A stretch of 64,000 bases of DNA from Octopus sinensis (taxonomy: Eukaryota): the NCBI RefSeq assembly GCF_006345805.1, contig NC_043009.1, positions 53,816,001 through 53,880,000 of the forward strand, in the 5' to 3' direction. The notes under the pieces were generated by a model, which did not search any database, was not told the DNA's origin, and worked only from the letters and a program-made list of their open reading frames with translations. This document shows, piece by piece, positions 26,730-41,760 of this stretch; position 1 is the first letter of the stretch; every line of letters begins with the position of its first letter. Position numbers and translations under genes: made by a program.

Positions 26730-27924
26730 ACAGACGTACGTACGTACGTACGTACATATGTTTGTATATGTCTTTGTATGTGTCTGTTAGTCTTCACACC
26801 AATTAACAACCGATGTAAATTTGTTTACATCAGTGTAACTTAGGGACTCGACTTAAGTGTCAATAAGAATTAAATGCCAGACATTAAAAGAATTAGAACT
26901 GAATTCGATTCGTTCCACTTAACCATCCATAGCTGAGTCCCTACCTGGCCGCAGCCGAAGGACTTAAAGAAAGAAATGAAATAAAATAATAAACGTATAA
27001 GCATAGAATTCTTTAACGCATTTGATCAAGAACGTTTTACATCAATGGTGGAAACATGTTAACTAAAAATTACGACTTCTGTTGCCGCTGCTGTGACTCT
27101 CAACCGTTAAACAGTCCTTAGCTTCTAAAATCTATTCTACAGAATAGTTCTCAGCAATGCAGCATATTCTATAAGTTATACTCTAGTGGTTAGAGGTCAG
27201 TATTTCTTCGTGTAATCCATTAATACCCGGAAGATATTTCGGTTTGATATTTGGAGAGGATTTACATTTGGTTTTCTCTTAATACAAACATTGTTTGATT
27301 ATTTATTACCATTATATACAATATGCTGTACCCATTTGTGTAAACCGTTTAAACCTTTTGATGTTCTCCCTTTCATAGCTCACTATTTGGTTCTAGTAAT
27401 GGTTCCATTGTTTGGCAATAGGCTTAACATTCTCGTTATTTCAATCCTCGTTTGTTTATTCGTAAAACCCGCTTGCTTTTGATCTGTGTAGATGTGTAGA
27501 AAACATGAACCATTTCTGTATGCACTGATTAATCTACACAGAGAGAGAACGTTTGTAGTTTTGTTCTTTCGTAGACTAAAATCCTTTGTCCAATATTTTG
27601 AATTCGTCAAGGAAGGGCTTTAGTATTTTATATTATATTTTCTTTGAATGCTTAAATTCTTTGATATAATTCTTTACAACTCAAACTTCTGTATCTAAAC
27701 TCTCTCTTTCTCCTCCTTCTCACACTCTCTCTCTCCTTTCTTTCTCTCTCTCCTCTTTCTTTCTCTCTCTTTCCGCCCTAACATTAATCTGTGATTTCAC
27801 ATTACATTCAAATTATCTTTCGTTCTTATTTTATCCCATAGAAAGAATGCTACCATAAACATTTAGCAATATATATCTTGCTTAGAAAGAGTTGTGTTGA
27901 TGGAATCGTCAACACATCGGGAAA

Positions 27925-28100
27925 AATGATTAGCAGTATTTCGTCTATCTTTATGTTTTGAGTTCAAATTCTGCCGGGGCTGACTTTGCTTTTCATCCTT
28001 TAGGAGTCCATAAAGTAAGTATTAGGCGACCATTGGAGTGGCTGTAATCGACTGGACTCTCACCCAAAATAGTTAGTCTTGTGCCAAAATTTGAAACCAA
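27925..28100 (+). mobile_element. Degraded SINE-A-related copy
   Basis: GTATTTCGTC..GAGTTCAAATTC..CTTTTCATCCTTT..GTGCCAAAATTTGAAACC. Confidence 0.6.
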
Positions 28101-28341
28101 TATGTACGCCCTAGTATACATTATCTAGGGTGATCAGCAGTATTAAATATCTTAATATATTAATATGCCAATTTGTTTTTTGTACGTAACTGACGCATGA
28201 GTCACGCTTAAGAGAAAGAAATTGTTGACAGAAATTTAGTTGCTTAAACAATTTTTTTAAATTTCTGGAAGAAATTTGAAACCAACACCCATGCCTAATG
28301 AACCATCAAAGCAGCAACGATCTTAATGGGCGCACGTACAT

Positions 28342-28438
<97 letters not shown>

Positions 28439-29160
28439 TCGTATGTCGGACGTGTCAAATGATAATAATGTGTTCGTTGATGGGACCGAAATTCAACATA
28501 AAGAAACATATCCGAAAATATCACCAGGAGGTGTTAAAGACGAAATAATAAAAAAACCCCACCAATTACCCAAATGTTCAATATAGGTTGTATCATCTAA
28601 CTGCAATTATAGAGTCATTTTTACCTATGATTTTTAGCACGCTAATTGTGTCACAGGCATAATGTTCTCAAAATGCAACGCTCTTCGTATGATATAAATC
28701 TTGCTACCTAACAAGCGAGATAGTTACGAATTTGCTGTGACCACATGTAGCATTTGGGGTTATTGTAGGTATTGATATGCAGCATTATGGTTATAACAAT
28801 GTTGGTAATGCTGAAAATGTAGCTGCTGCTGTTGGTGGTGGTGGTGGTTATGATGGTGATAAGTAGGATGCTAGTGTTGGTGATGATGATGAGGAGGAGA
28901 AGGAGGAGGAAGAGGGGGAAGAGGAGAAGAAGAAGGAGAAGGAGGTAGAGGAGGAAGATGGGGTGGAAGAGGAGGGAGGGGAGGGGATGGGGAGGAGGTG
29001 GAGAGGATGATGATGATAATGACGTGGTACTGGTGCTGATCATGATGATATTAATGACGGTGATGACAATGGCAATGATTTTGACGATGAAGATAATAAT
29101 CATGATACTGATGATAAAGAGGAGAGCATTTGTGAACGATATCGACGACGATGACAACGG

Positions 29161-29218
<58 letters not shown>

Positions 29219-29247
29219 TAATAATAATAATAATAATAATGATAATA

Positions 29248-29313
<66 letters not shown>

Positions 29314-30026
29314 AACAATAATAATAATAATTAGAAGAAGATGAAGAAGAAAAAGGTGCCGACGACAACGATGATGACGATGATGTTTGTTGATGGTGGT
29401 AATTTGATTATTTCAACTGAAATTGAACAACAAAAAGTAAACAAAAATATACAAACAAAACAACTCCACCTATTGTTAAGTCTATGGTAAGAGTATGAAA
29501 GTTCTCGTCTGCAGGACTGACGACTGACGACTATAATGGCGTATGTGACCTTATTGACTGCATTATAGGCGATATGGTCGTAATATCTTTCTATTGAAAT
29601 CTATTGATGTCGACTTTGCTATCGACGAATATGCACAACATAGGGAAATAAAAAAACACAACAGAAGACATAAGTCAATAGTTAATTTGAGGGAACTGTA
29701 TCTTAAAGAGAACAGGACCCTCATCCTTCTCTCTCCTCTCTCTCTCTACTAATACTAATACGGATAACAAAAGTCATGTTTGGTATTACTGCTGATCAAC
29801 TTGATCAGAATATCAGTCGAAATAAGTAAAAAAAGATATTGAAACCTATAATGAAAACCATTGCTACTGTAACTGCAGCACAATCAACGATAATAGTCTG
29901 CATAAATGTAGATATATAAAAACGATATAATATTCATGTTGACGTTGTATATTTTTTTGCATTGCCATTGGAAGCGAATTATCTAATGATGGGTTTCTAC
30001 AGCAGTACTCTTTGTACTATGTATAC

Positions 30027-30148
<122 letters not shown>

Positions 30149-30157
30149 TATATATAC

Positions 30158-30189
<32 letters not shown>

Positions 30190-30551
30190 TTGTATATGTG
30201 TATGTATATATGCGTAGAAAAATGGATGTATATGTATACAAAGAAAGCAATTCACTCTTACGCTGGTAGCTGGTAGTAAGTAATAAAAAATGAAGCCTTA
30301 CTTAGATATGAAAAAAATATTACTATTCACACAACTTTTAACACGTCATATATGTATTTCGACATTGTGTTTTATACGAATCTGTATTATAGTATTGCTC
30401 GATATTTTTTCTTACGAAATATTGTCTCTACATAATTCTTGTTTAGTGTTATGATTATATGCGTAAATGTATGAATACAAGCGTTTATGCATGTATATAC
30501 ACACACACGCATAAATATAAAAGATATATATATGCATTCATTCATATATAT

Positions 30552-30645
<94 letters not shown>

Positions 30646-30663
30646 TATATATATATAATATAT

Positions 30664-30712
<49 letters not shown>

Positions 30713-31019
30713 GTATTATATGTGTGTAAATATATACGTATGTATGAAAAATATATAGATATGCATATTTATACAAAATAAGTATTTTATAGCATCTTAC
30801 CCTGCAAAAAGTTCTTTTTTAAAAAAACAAGCGCCAACTCAGTAATGACAAACTACTATTTCAGATATTCAAATGGTAAGTTATTGCAGGCCAGATTAAA
30901 TCAAATTAGCCGAAATACCTTTTTAGTAACAGTTGTTAATGATAAAAAAAAGAAATACCTCTTCATGTATGTGTATATGGATGCACATATATACGTATAC
31001 ATACATACATACATATATG

Positions 31020-31086
<67 letters not shown>

Positions 31087-31192
31087 ATATGTGTACGTAT
31101 GTATTACATATATGTGTGTTTGTGTGTATGTATAAGAAAAGAAAAATTCTCTTCATGTGTGTATATATAGATGCGTATATATAAACACACAT

Positions 31193-31227
<35 letters not shown>

Positions 31228-31726
31228 CGAACATTATTACTGTACTATTGTTTGAAGACACATTTATGCACATATCATTTGTAATTCATGCTATTTTCTT
31301 TTCGCAAATTTATAATATATACTTTCATAATTTTTTTCTTATGTATATTTTAGTTACCCATGTACACACTTTTCTTCTCTTCGTGTTAATAGTTTCGCTC
31401 TTTTTCTTCTCTTTTGTTAACGCTAGCATTATTGTACTGTAAATATTTTTTTGCAGTTTCCCAAATTTATCAATAATCCATCAAATAATAATTATTTCCA
31501 GTACTGCGTTCTCGTTAAATCTAACGTCAAACAAAATATCATTCCTAAAACTGCTTACCAACGAGAATTTTCACTACCCTTTGTATAAATTCTAGCCGCT
31601 GAAATTATTTTTGTTTATCGAATGATTTTTCATCTCATCATATATTATATCTTTACATGAGGCAGCGCGCTGGCACCGACGTTAGTGACACCACGAAGCT
31701 ACTCAAGAGTACTATTTATTTATTCA

Positions 31727-31960
31727 AAGGCGGCGAGCTGGCAGAAATGTTAGCACGCCGGGTGAAATGCGTACCCGTATTTCGTCTGCCGTTACGTTCT
31801 GAGTTCAAATGCCGCCGAGGTCGACTTTGCCTTTCATCCTTTCGAGGTCGATTAAATAAGTACTAGTTACGCTCTAGGGTCGATATAATCGACTTAATCC
31901 CTTTGTCTGTCATTGTTTGTTCCTTTCGTGTTTAGCCTCTTGTGGGTAGTAAAGAAATTG
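31727..31960 (+). mobile_element. SINE family A, full length, 18-bp TSD
   Basis: TSD GTACTATTTATTTATTCA at 31709-31726 and 31961-31978. Confidence 0.85.
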
Positions 31961-32816
31961 GTACTATTTATTTATTCATTCTTTTTCTTTTTTGTGTTAC
32001 TAATTTAGGTTCTGAGTTCATATTTCGCTGAGGTTGACTCTACCTTCTTTTCATTTGGGTAGATGAATTAAGTAGCAAAAAAACACGTTGGTCGATTTAA
32101 TGTACTATGCACCCAATATTTCAACCCTTGTACTATAGTAGAATGAGTTACATATTTCATGGAGACAGCTAACTGGCAGACCCATTAGATGGTTCGGCAC
32201 AATGCTTAACGGCAGTTAAGCTCTTTGCATTCTTAGTTGGAATACTATCGAGGTAACCTTTGCCATACATCCATTCGAGGTCTTACGAAGCCTTTCGAGG
32301 AGAGTATTGAAACGCTTGGTGGGTCCTTTATAAAATGCCCAATTGTTTTAGTTCATATTAGTGAATTAAACTGCATTGCAAGTGACCGGCATATTCCATA
32401 TATCAAAGTATTTCCTTCCTTTTTTTTCCCCCAAAGAAGAAGAAAGAAGACATGCACCCAACACCAGAGCTGAAGACACCTCCGAAAAGGGGGGCCCCGT
32501 CACCGCAAAACGGTAGAGGAGTAGAGGAGTAGAGGCCGAAACCGGACGTGGTTCCTCCTGATGATGTCTTGAGCTAACTGGATCCTATGAAGGAGCTGTT
32601 GTGATAGCAGACCACGAAACACGGTTGTAATTCCTCAGTACAGAGCGAAACACCTGGCTACAACCGTCTTCATTTTATCAGTACATAACATCATACTCAA
32701 TCTCTAACACCCCCTTGAATCAAAAATCCTTAAACCTAGAGAGACTCCGTGAGCATACAGGCAAAAATACATATTATGCATACTCACATGATTGTTTGAG
32801 CTTATGCATGTGCGCG

Positions 32817-32872
<56 letters not shown>

Positions 32873-33105
32873 CACAAACGTACACATGTACACGCGATGC
32901 AAATAACGTATCACATATAACTAGTTCCATGAGTGTGGATATACGTTAGAAGCTTCTTACAATGAGAGCTGATTAATGGAAAGAAAATCATCTTAGAGAC
33001 AAACTTGAACTGTGACGTGCATACACACATACATGCATACATATATACCTACAAGCATGCATGGATACATACATACACATATATATAGATATGCATATCT
33101 ATCTA

Positions 33106-33146
<41 letters not shown>

Positions 33147-33483
33147 GCATGTACATGTGTATGTATATACATATATATATATATATATATTATATCGATA
33201 GAAGAATGTAAATAATAGGTTTGATTGTATGAATGTGTGCATAGCAGCAGGAACAACACAGGATCTAGATTTATAAATAATAAATAAATAAATAGAGTAG
33301 ATTTACAGGAACCACCATTGATGAGAGCGTAGCAATATAGGGTGTAAGGTTTGGTCAGAGATATGTGTGGGTGGTGGGATGTATGTGTGTATGCGAATGT
33401 GAAGACATACACACATATACACACACCACACATATACATATATATATATATGTATATGCATACATAAACAAATGTATATGTAA

Positions 33484-33534
<51 letters not shown>

Positions 33535-34289
33535 TATATATATATATGCATATAAATCCTTAAAAATGTTTTAGCCCGAAGCCGCATACATATATATATA
33601 ATATATATAATATAACATATGTGCATACATATATATATATAATATATACATAAATATATGTATGTTTGTGTGTGTGTTCACATGCATATTGCGAGAAGAA
33701 ATGATGGAGCGGTGAGTGGGTGAGATACATACAAAAGCAAAGAGGCACACATATGTGGGTATATCTTTGTTTTTCATTTGCAGTCTTTATGTTTGTGACT
33801 ATGTAGACGTGCATGCGAGCGTATCACCGTATTATATGTATACACTTATATAAACTTCTCTCATATAGTGAAACAGAAGAGAAATTACAAGTGCAGTTCA
33901 TTAGACTGTGAATAAAACTTCACATCGATCATATATCTTCTTCCTTCAGTTTTTGCATGTATGAACTGTTGCTGCTGTTGCTGTTGTTGTTGTTGTTGTT
34001 GTTTTGTTGTTTTATTTAATTAGCATACACTTATTGTTTTTGCCTCTGAAACCTAACTCAAAATGGATCGAGCACATTTATGATCAAATGTAATCCAAAT
34101 GAGGCCATCTCGTCTGTATACATGTGCTTGTGTGCTTTGTCAATTCTGTCACTTATGTATCTAAGCCCGACTATGCTTTGAGGGAGATTTGGTTGTTTTT
34201 TCCTGATTTGTTGATCCGTTTATTTATTCGTCTTGCAGAATTTGATGTTCGTTTTTTAAATATTAACTTTGGTATCATACATTGCATTT

Positions 34290-34780
34290 AAGTCGGCGAG
34301 CTGGCAGAATTGTTGGAGGCCCCTGGAAAGATTCTTACGTACTGACTTCAAATTCCACGGATCTTCACTTTGCCTTCTTTCTCTTTCAGGGTCAATAAAG
34401 TAAGTACCAGTTGCACACTGGTGTCCATGTAATCGACTTCACCCCCACCTCCTATATTGCTGGTCTTCCGACGAGGTCGACTTTTCCTGTCATCCTTTCG
34501 GGGTCGACAAATAAAGTACCAGTTTCGCACTGGGGTTCCTTTGTCTGTCCTTGTTTGTCTCCTCTATGTTTAGCCCCTTGTGGGCAGTAAAGAAATATAT
34601 ATTGCTGGTCTTGTGTCAAAACCCGAAATCAATATGATACATTAAATCAAGACGACGTGCTGCAAGAATCGTTAGGAAGCCGGTCAAAATGCTTAGTAGC
34701 ATTTCGTCCGTTTTTGTGTTCTGAGATCAAATTCTGTCGCGATCAACTTTTGCCTTTCATCCTTTCGGGCGCCGATAAAA
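34290..34780 (+). mobile_element. Nested SINE-A cluster: truncated young copy (34468-34598) inserted in an older copy
   Basis: TATATTGCTGGTCTT is duplicated on both sides of the inner copy; a further degraded head lies at 34655-34780. Confidence 0.7.
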
Positions 34781-36359
34781 AGGAATTAACATTTGAGTTA
34801 CTCGCTTCTCTGAAATTGCCAATAATATATCTTGCATTATTTTATATTATATATTTAATTATATTTATATCATAAGAAGCAAATCTTTTTTGTCGGCGTA
34901 TGAACAATCAGAGATATATCGATCGTGGGACATGAATGATGTTTTATTTTATCAAAACTTAATAACTGCCAAGTAATTTCAAAACCTCGGCGTCATTCGA
35001 TAACTGAGCATAAAGGTCTTTAGCTAAATAAATTATCTGAAATATAGCTTCCCTTTGTATATGTGCATGTGTCTGTGTGAGTGTAGGAGTGCGTATGTGA
35101 GATGTTACTTCATTTAATCTAACGCACGCGCACACGCATGGGTATGCGAGCATGCCCCCCCACACACACACACATTCATTTCTTTCTCTGTTACCCTTCA
35201 TTTCCCTGTCACCCTCCCCTTCCTTAATTATTTATATTTACCCCGTAACTATAACATATTTTTATGGATGTTTTGAGAATTAAGGAGCCTAATCACTATT
35301 ATTTATTCAGTTTAGGTTTCATTTTTTTGGTTTAGGTTTAGCAAAGTTTAACTAGTTGTTCATAACCGTTATGCCTTTCAAATAGGTTAAAAGTAACAAT
35401 ACTTTTTCAACCACTTTGGGCACATTTTGGCTGGAAAGACTGAATCAATCACTAAAACAATATATACTACACCCAACAGTGATTACACTAGTGGCAACTG
35501 ACTCCCTATTTTGGGATGCTACAGCCAACGTGACGCCTTCTCCAACGGCAACTTGGTGTGTTCAGATACCACCCTTGGCTCCGATGCACGCCAGGTTGAG
35601 GAAAGCAAACTGTCATGGTATCGGTTACTCTTTGTAACGCTTATGCTCAGGCCTGTGGAAATGGAAACTTCCGGTGCTCTCAACTCTGGGCCATATCCCT
35701 GCTCATCGCTATCGGGACGGAGATTACTACCCGCAAGTGCGATCCCCGTGGGGCAAAGTGGCTGTTCTAGCGCATCTCTCTCGCCATCCTGCGGGGCAAC
35801 ACCATTCCATTTTTTGTCGGCTGGGACAATGAGACGGTCTGAATTCCAGGAAATTTTATGTTCCATTCCTTAATGTAATATTACTCCAAATAATATTTAA
35901 TAAAACATATTTTTACAAAGAAAATAAAAGTCTCCAAATACTTTCACTTTTTTCATAGTCGTTGTTGTGACAATACTACTGCAGAAATACTGTACTATTT
36001 CATGAGTACAGTTTTTCAGGCATCCTAGATCGATGGAAGCAAATACAATATCACAGAGGTTCGAACTAAGACAGTAAAAGTATGTAACCTAATACAGCTG
36101 CCCATTTTTTCCGACTCTCTACCAGTTCTGTCATTCTCTGTATTATATGCTTTTGTCACTAGAGTGCAGTCAGTACACATACTGTACAACTAGCTACACT
36201 AGTGCTCGGGTAGTTTTGTAGTCACAAACGATTTAAATATCTAACAGAGTTGTTAGTTTCTCATTTCCTCCTACGTATGCTAAATATTGGATGTTCCACG
36301 TGATTTCATCAGCATTACATTTTCCTCCTCTTCAATTTCTTCAGCATCACCAGTAGTAC

Positions 36360-36390
<31 letters not shown>

Positions 36391-37114
36391 TGTTGTTGTT
36401 GTTGTTGTTGTAGTTGCTGCTGTTGTTGTTATTGTTTTCTTTGTTGTTAATGCTTCCGTTGTTATACAGAATTAGTGTTTTTCTTGGTTTAATTGTTTCC
36501 TATCGAACTGTAGCTTGAGGTTAAGATTAAAAGAACATTTTGATCATTTCGTAGAGAATTATTTTTTAGCTCTTTCCGAATATTTCTTGCTGAATATAAT
36601 AAATATAATATCTGCGCGGTATTAATTTTCAGACATCTCTTGGCTTTATTTTGACCGCATATGAAACCAACAACCTCGTGTTAATAGACGGTGACTTGAA
36701 CATCGCTCCACAGTCAAATATCTATCCTGCTGATATTGTTCTTTCTTCCTAAATAGTGTCGACTAAGTTTCTCACACAGTTTTTCTATTCTTGCTCCCTT
36801 TTATTTTTTTGTACGGTTTGCATTTTATTTTGATCTTAGTTATATTAACACCAATTTTTCTTTCATTCATCATTTAAGTATACATACTCGGCATGGTTTC
36901 GCATTTAGCAAAGTACCTAATTTTCTTATGAGCTTTAGAGATATGTGCAGATAAGATCTTGACTTCCATTGTAAAATTCTATAACGACTGACAACAGGCT
37001 GGAAGCATTCCCAGCTATGTTATCCGAGTAGCGGTGGCGTTGCTAATGAAGAACGCGAAAATAAAGGTGATATTATGGACAATTGCCAACCATATAGGTG
37101 CAGGAGTGGCTATA

Positions 37115-37525
37115 GGCGCAGGAGTGGATGTGCGGTAAGTAGCTTGCTAACCAACCACATGGTTCCGGGTTCAGTCCCACTGCGTGGCATCTTGGGCAAG
37201 TGTCTTCTGCTATAGCCCCGGGCCGACCAATGCCTTGTGAGTGGATCTGGTAGACGGAAACTGAAAGAAGCCTGTCGTATATATGTATATATATATATGT
37301 GTGTGTGTGTTTATGCCTGTGTTTGTCCCCCTGGCATTGCTTGACAACCGATGTTGGTGTGTTTACGTCCCCGTCACTTAGCGGTTCGGCAAAAGAGACC
37401 GATAGAATAAGTACTGGGCTTACAAAGAATAAGTCCTGGGGTCGATTTGCTCGACTAAAGGCGGTGCTCCAGCATGGCCGCAGTCAAATGACTGAAACAA
37501 GTAAAAGAGTAAAGAGTAAAAGAGT
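37115..37525 (+). mobile_element. tRNA-derived CORE-SINE family D with internal (TA)n(TG)n
   Basis: GGCGCAGGAGTGG head, CTTGGGCAAGTGTCTTC core, internal microsatellite, (GTAAAAGA)n tail; head duplicated at 37097. Confidence 0.85.
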
Positions 37526-38248
37526 ATAACACTGCTCCAAACACAGTCAAAGATTTTGGCCAAAGTGCAAGCAGAAAGTTTAGAGCTTCTTGTCGTTAGT
37601 GTAATGAAAGTGCAGATGGGTATGTGACATTTTTCAAAAGTCTTTTTGGCGCCGCCTATCAATCATTATGGATGCTTTTCTCATGGGACAACATGTAATA
37701 TACTAGACACTTCCTATAACAAATCGGTAGAATAAAATAGAAAGAAAAATTGTGTATCTTTGTACCGAAGGGGTTAGCTTTAAAAGGCCGAACTAAAATA
37801 CTAGTAGTGATAGAAAATATAAAAAATGCATTTAGCGTACAATGTGAGATACTATCTGCCGTAGACTCGAAGGACGGGAGAGTGTTATGCAGTGGTCGAA
37901 TGAAGTGAGATTCATGGTAAACTAATAAGGATCTCAAGGGTTTGAAACTCTTATAAATTTGCCAAACTTTTACTGAAGGCGTTTAATATTCGAATAGAAA
38001 TTTATAGTTCATCTGGGAATGTTCAAGACGACTAAGTTTCATATGATTACTGTCTATTCATCGATTGTAGTATACTGTAAATAGATTAGAAATGTTTTGT
38101 CTTTTGTTAGATTACTATGTGTGATGTACGTATGTATTCATTTTTATATTACATTTTGGACATATGTGCAGGAGTACTACACACACACATATATAGCAAC
38201 TTGGATTTACACATAAAACACAACAAATCTATCAATATATATATATAT

Positions 38249-38295
<47 letters not shown>

Positions 38296-38301
<6 letters not shown>

Positions 38302-38393
38302 GTTGTATACTGTCAATCTAACACGAACGTGACAGTAGTGGGGTAACCCCTACTGTCACGTTCGTGTGTAGATTGACAGTATACAACCATTCT
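38296..38393. repeat. 98-nt near-perfect palindrome
   Basis: AGAATGGTTGTATACTGTCAATCTA..CGAACGTGACAGTAG pairs with its downstream reverse complement around a GTAA loop. Confidence 0.9.
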
Positions 38394-38430
38394 ATCGCCC
38401 CACCACGAGAGATTTAGAAATTTAGTATTT

Positions 38431-38471
<41 letters not shown>

Positions 38472-39410
38472 TAAATGTAGACAGAAACGCATACACTATA
38501 CGTCACTTTCTCTCTGGTTCAGTGTATATATATATATATATATATTAAGTAGTTGTCCTTAATTGCTAAATTTTTATTCCGAAAAAACTTTTCCTCTCCC
38601 GAAATGCAATTCGTAAAAGTTTGCCATTCATCCGGATATAGTATATATAAACCCACCCATGTGCTTCGTTGATGTTGATCAGTTAGCTGATCGGCTTAAG
38701 CGAGGCAGGGTCGTTGTTTATTTATAGTATATTCAGGCCTGCTGATGATTACGTAAGTATGAAATCACTGTGATACAGGTCTATATATTTTTAAATGTCT
38801 TTCTTTGAAAAATTGCATTCGGTGGGATTAGTAATATTTTTGGTAGAAATGACTGATTGTCCCTCTTAGCGTATGGCGTGTATGTAGAATGCCTCCTGGC
38901 ATGTATGTATAATGCCCTCTATATATAAATTAATATGTTCAATAAGAAATAATTATTTTCGAAATTTTTTCTCTTATGAGGTTTTTACGCTATCTACCTG
39001 ACAATTTCTTGTTAAGTTTTCCTTATTAAGTAGTTGTCCTTAATTGCTATATATATATATATATATATATATATACTCACTCGCTCACATACACGCGTTC
39101 ACACACGGATATTCACTCTTCTTCATTCGAAATTTACGATTGTTTCTCTCCCTAAACTCTGGTCAGATAAACTTTTTACCGTGTAGCTACCTACGACTTT
39201 TCTTTTAACTCTACGGTCCTCTCTTTTTTTCCCCTCTTCTCTTCACATTCTTCAACTATCCGACGAAAAGCCGTACCGAAACATCATATCTTTTTCTTTT
39301 GCTTTTCCATCTACAGCATTCACTGAGCGTCAAACTTATACATTCACTGTGTCCTCCCACTTGACTTTTGCTTTTGAGCTCTGATTCACCCTTCGTCACC
39401 AATTTGCACG

Positions 39411-39442
<32 letters not shown>

Positions 39443-39758
39443 TATTTATTAGAAAGATGTAAATATTTTTCATACATATGTATTTGATTATGTATGTATA
39501 TTCGTGATATATGTCTATACATGAGGTTATTGAAAAAAAAAGCCAATGCCGATATTCGAGTCAACAGTATTCTTAATATGAGAAACACATCTGCCTACTT
39601 TATCCAACACACTCAGTTCTATATCAGATAATGTTTCACTATATATATATATATATATATATATAATATGATATAATATATATATATTAATATATACTTT
39701 AAAACGCAATACGATGTTCTTTACGCGTGTGTGTATGTGTATGTATGTGTGTGAGTGT

Positions 39759-39796
<38 letters not shown>

Positions 39797-40582
39797 TGTG
39801 TGTGTGTGTGTGTAAGTGTGTGCAAGTGTGCGTACGTGCGTGTACTTATAAATGCTTTTAGACTTAACCATTGAGGAAAGTATGTAAATAGAGTGATGAA
39901 TATAATGGTAAATGTCAAACACTGAAGCCTGAATTTTGTCTTTGAATTTCAACCCACTTAATCTTTCTCTCTCTCTCCATCTCTTTCTCTCCCTCTCTAT
40001 CTTTCTTTCTCAATCTCTCTCTCACACACTCTCTCTCTCTCTTTCTTTCTCTGACTATCACACTGAACGTGTGTGTACGTTTGTCTGTGCAATATGTGTG
40101 TGTGTGTGTGTGTTTACGTGTGTGTTTATGTTTGATAGTGCGAAATTCCATCTCTGTATCAATGTTTCTATGTTGTTTTCCTTCTCTGTATATTTATTTC
40201 TCTGATTTGATCTTACCCCGGTTATTCATCATGTGTATTATTAGTGAATGTTTACGGAGTCGAAAATCCTGGGATTTTATTTCAGAAATCCACTTCATAT
40301 ACATAGCGCATATATGTTGTTTAACATACAAATAGGCTTTCTCATAGACGTGGCACAGGGGCAAAGTAATTGGCAACGTGTACAAATGTCATTCAACCAA
40401 GACAAACACTTGATTTATATACTCACTATTAATTACATTATCCTTCAATTGCCAGGGCCAATATATATTTTGCCGTTGCAGACCCTTTGCATAAAGATGT
40501 GTACCATATGACATACAATTTTGTTATTTTTGTACATGTAACATAATGGTACATTTCGACATGAGAGAAATATGACTGACAT

Positions 40583-40704
40583 TTATAACATGTGGAACGA
40601 CTGCGTTAAGGCTCCGTCCGTGATTTGCACATGTGGTTTTCTTGCAGAGTTTTCGAAGCAGGTAAGGTCGATGCTATTCCGTTTAAGCTGGCGCAGGTAA
40701 TCAT
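40583..40704 (-). CDS. Candidate terminal coding exon (DYLRQLKRNSIDLTCFENSARKPHVQITDGALTQSFHML*)
   Basis: Strong acceptor GCTAATGTCTTCTCTGCAG, open frame to TAA; a competing plus-strand exon reading exists. Confidence 0.3.
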
Positions 40705-40904
40705 CTGCAGAGAAGACATTAGCGGAGAGGAGACTCGCGAGAGCCGTTTATAGGATAAGAGGGATTAGCAATAATGGTAAATGGTAAATGCCAAACACTG
40801 AAGCCTGGAGTTTGTCTTTGAATTTCAACCTACTTAATCTCTCTCCCCCATCTCTCTCTCTCTCTCTCTCTCTCGCTATCTATTTATCTCTTTCTCTCAC
40901 TGGT

Positions 40905-41290
40905 GGTGCTTGGTTGGTGGAAGTACAAACCAGCCAGTTTCGAGTAGCAAGGACCATAGAAAGGGAAAAATTGGAAGGTGGAGACAGCTTGCCTGTGGGT
41001 CTGAGGTTCTAATGCGTCTGTAACATATACGATGCCAATCGGCTGATAAACCTTTCTCTGAATCTAGTTCAGGATATTCGCATATGTAGGAAAGGCCCTG
41101 TTCCAAATACGAGCGTAGTAATTTATTGTAGAGTTTTGTTCAATCCTTCAGCCTAGCAGTTGATATTGGAGAATGAAGTGTGTTCTGAACCTAAAGATTA
41201 GGAAGTGCTGTTGCCGGCGAATCTTCCTCGTTGATAGAAGGACCTGGTATTTAGAGTGCTGCGTGGATTTCAGTTGAGTACCGCTTATTA
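40905..41290 (-). pseudogene. Degraded CR1/L2-group LINE reverse-transcriptase C-terminal fragment
   Basis: Minus-strand translation YYARIWNRAFPTYANILN*IQRKV..TDALEPQTHRQAVS..FYGPCYSKLAGL resembles EYCSHIW..LLDRIQRKA..LEPLSHRR..ECSSELA; contains stops. Confidence 0.55.
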
Positions 41291-41370
41291 TCAGAGAAGG
41301 CTTGGGGTAGTACTCTTTTATTCATGTCAATAGTTTTGTGCCTTCTATCTGCACACACACACACATATAT

Positions 41371-41760
41371 TGTTTCAGTCATTTGACTGCAGCCATGCTG
41401 GAGCACCGCCTTTAGTCGAGCAAATCGTCCCCAGGACTTATTCTTTATAAGCCCAGTACTTATTCTATCGGTCTCTTTTGCCGAACCGCTAAGTGACGGG
41501 GACGTAAACACACCAGCATCGGTTGTCAAGCAATGCTAGGGGGACAAACACAGACACATAAACACACACACACACATATATATATATACATATATACGAC
41601 AGGCTTCTTTCAGTTTCCGTCTACCAAATCCACTCACAAGGCTTTAGTCGGCCCGAGGCTATAGCAGAAGACACTTGCCCAAGATGCCATGCAGTGGGAC
41701 TGAACCCGGAACCATGTGGTTGGTTAGCAAGCTACTTACCACTCAGCCACTCCTGTGCCT
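41371..41760 (-). mobile_element. SINE family D
   Basis: Reverse complement of the 37115-37525 family. Confidence 0.85.

Noticed and set aside
28708-29368. Acidic or low-complexity protein ORFs
   Set aside because: Cryptic trinucleotide repeats (GAG, GAT, AAT); same at 6990-7410 and 21290-21390.
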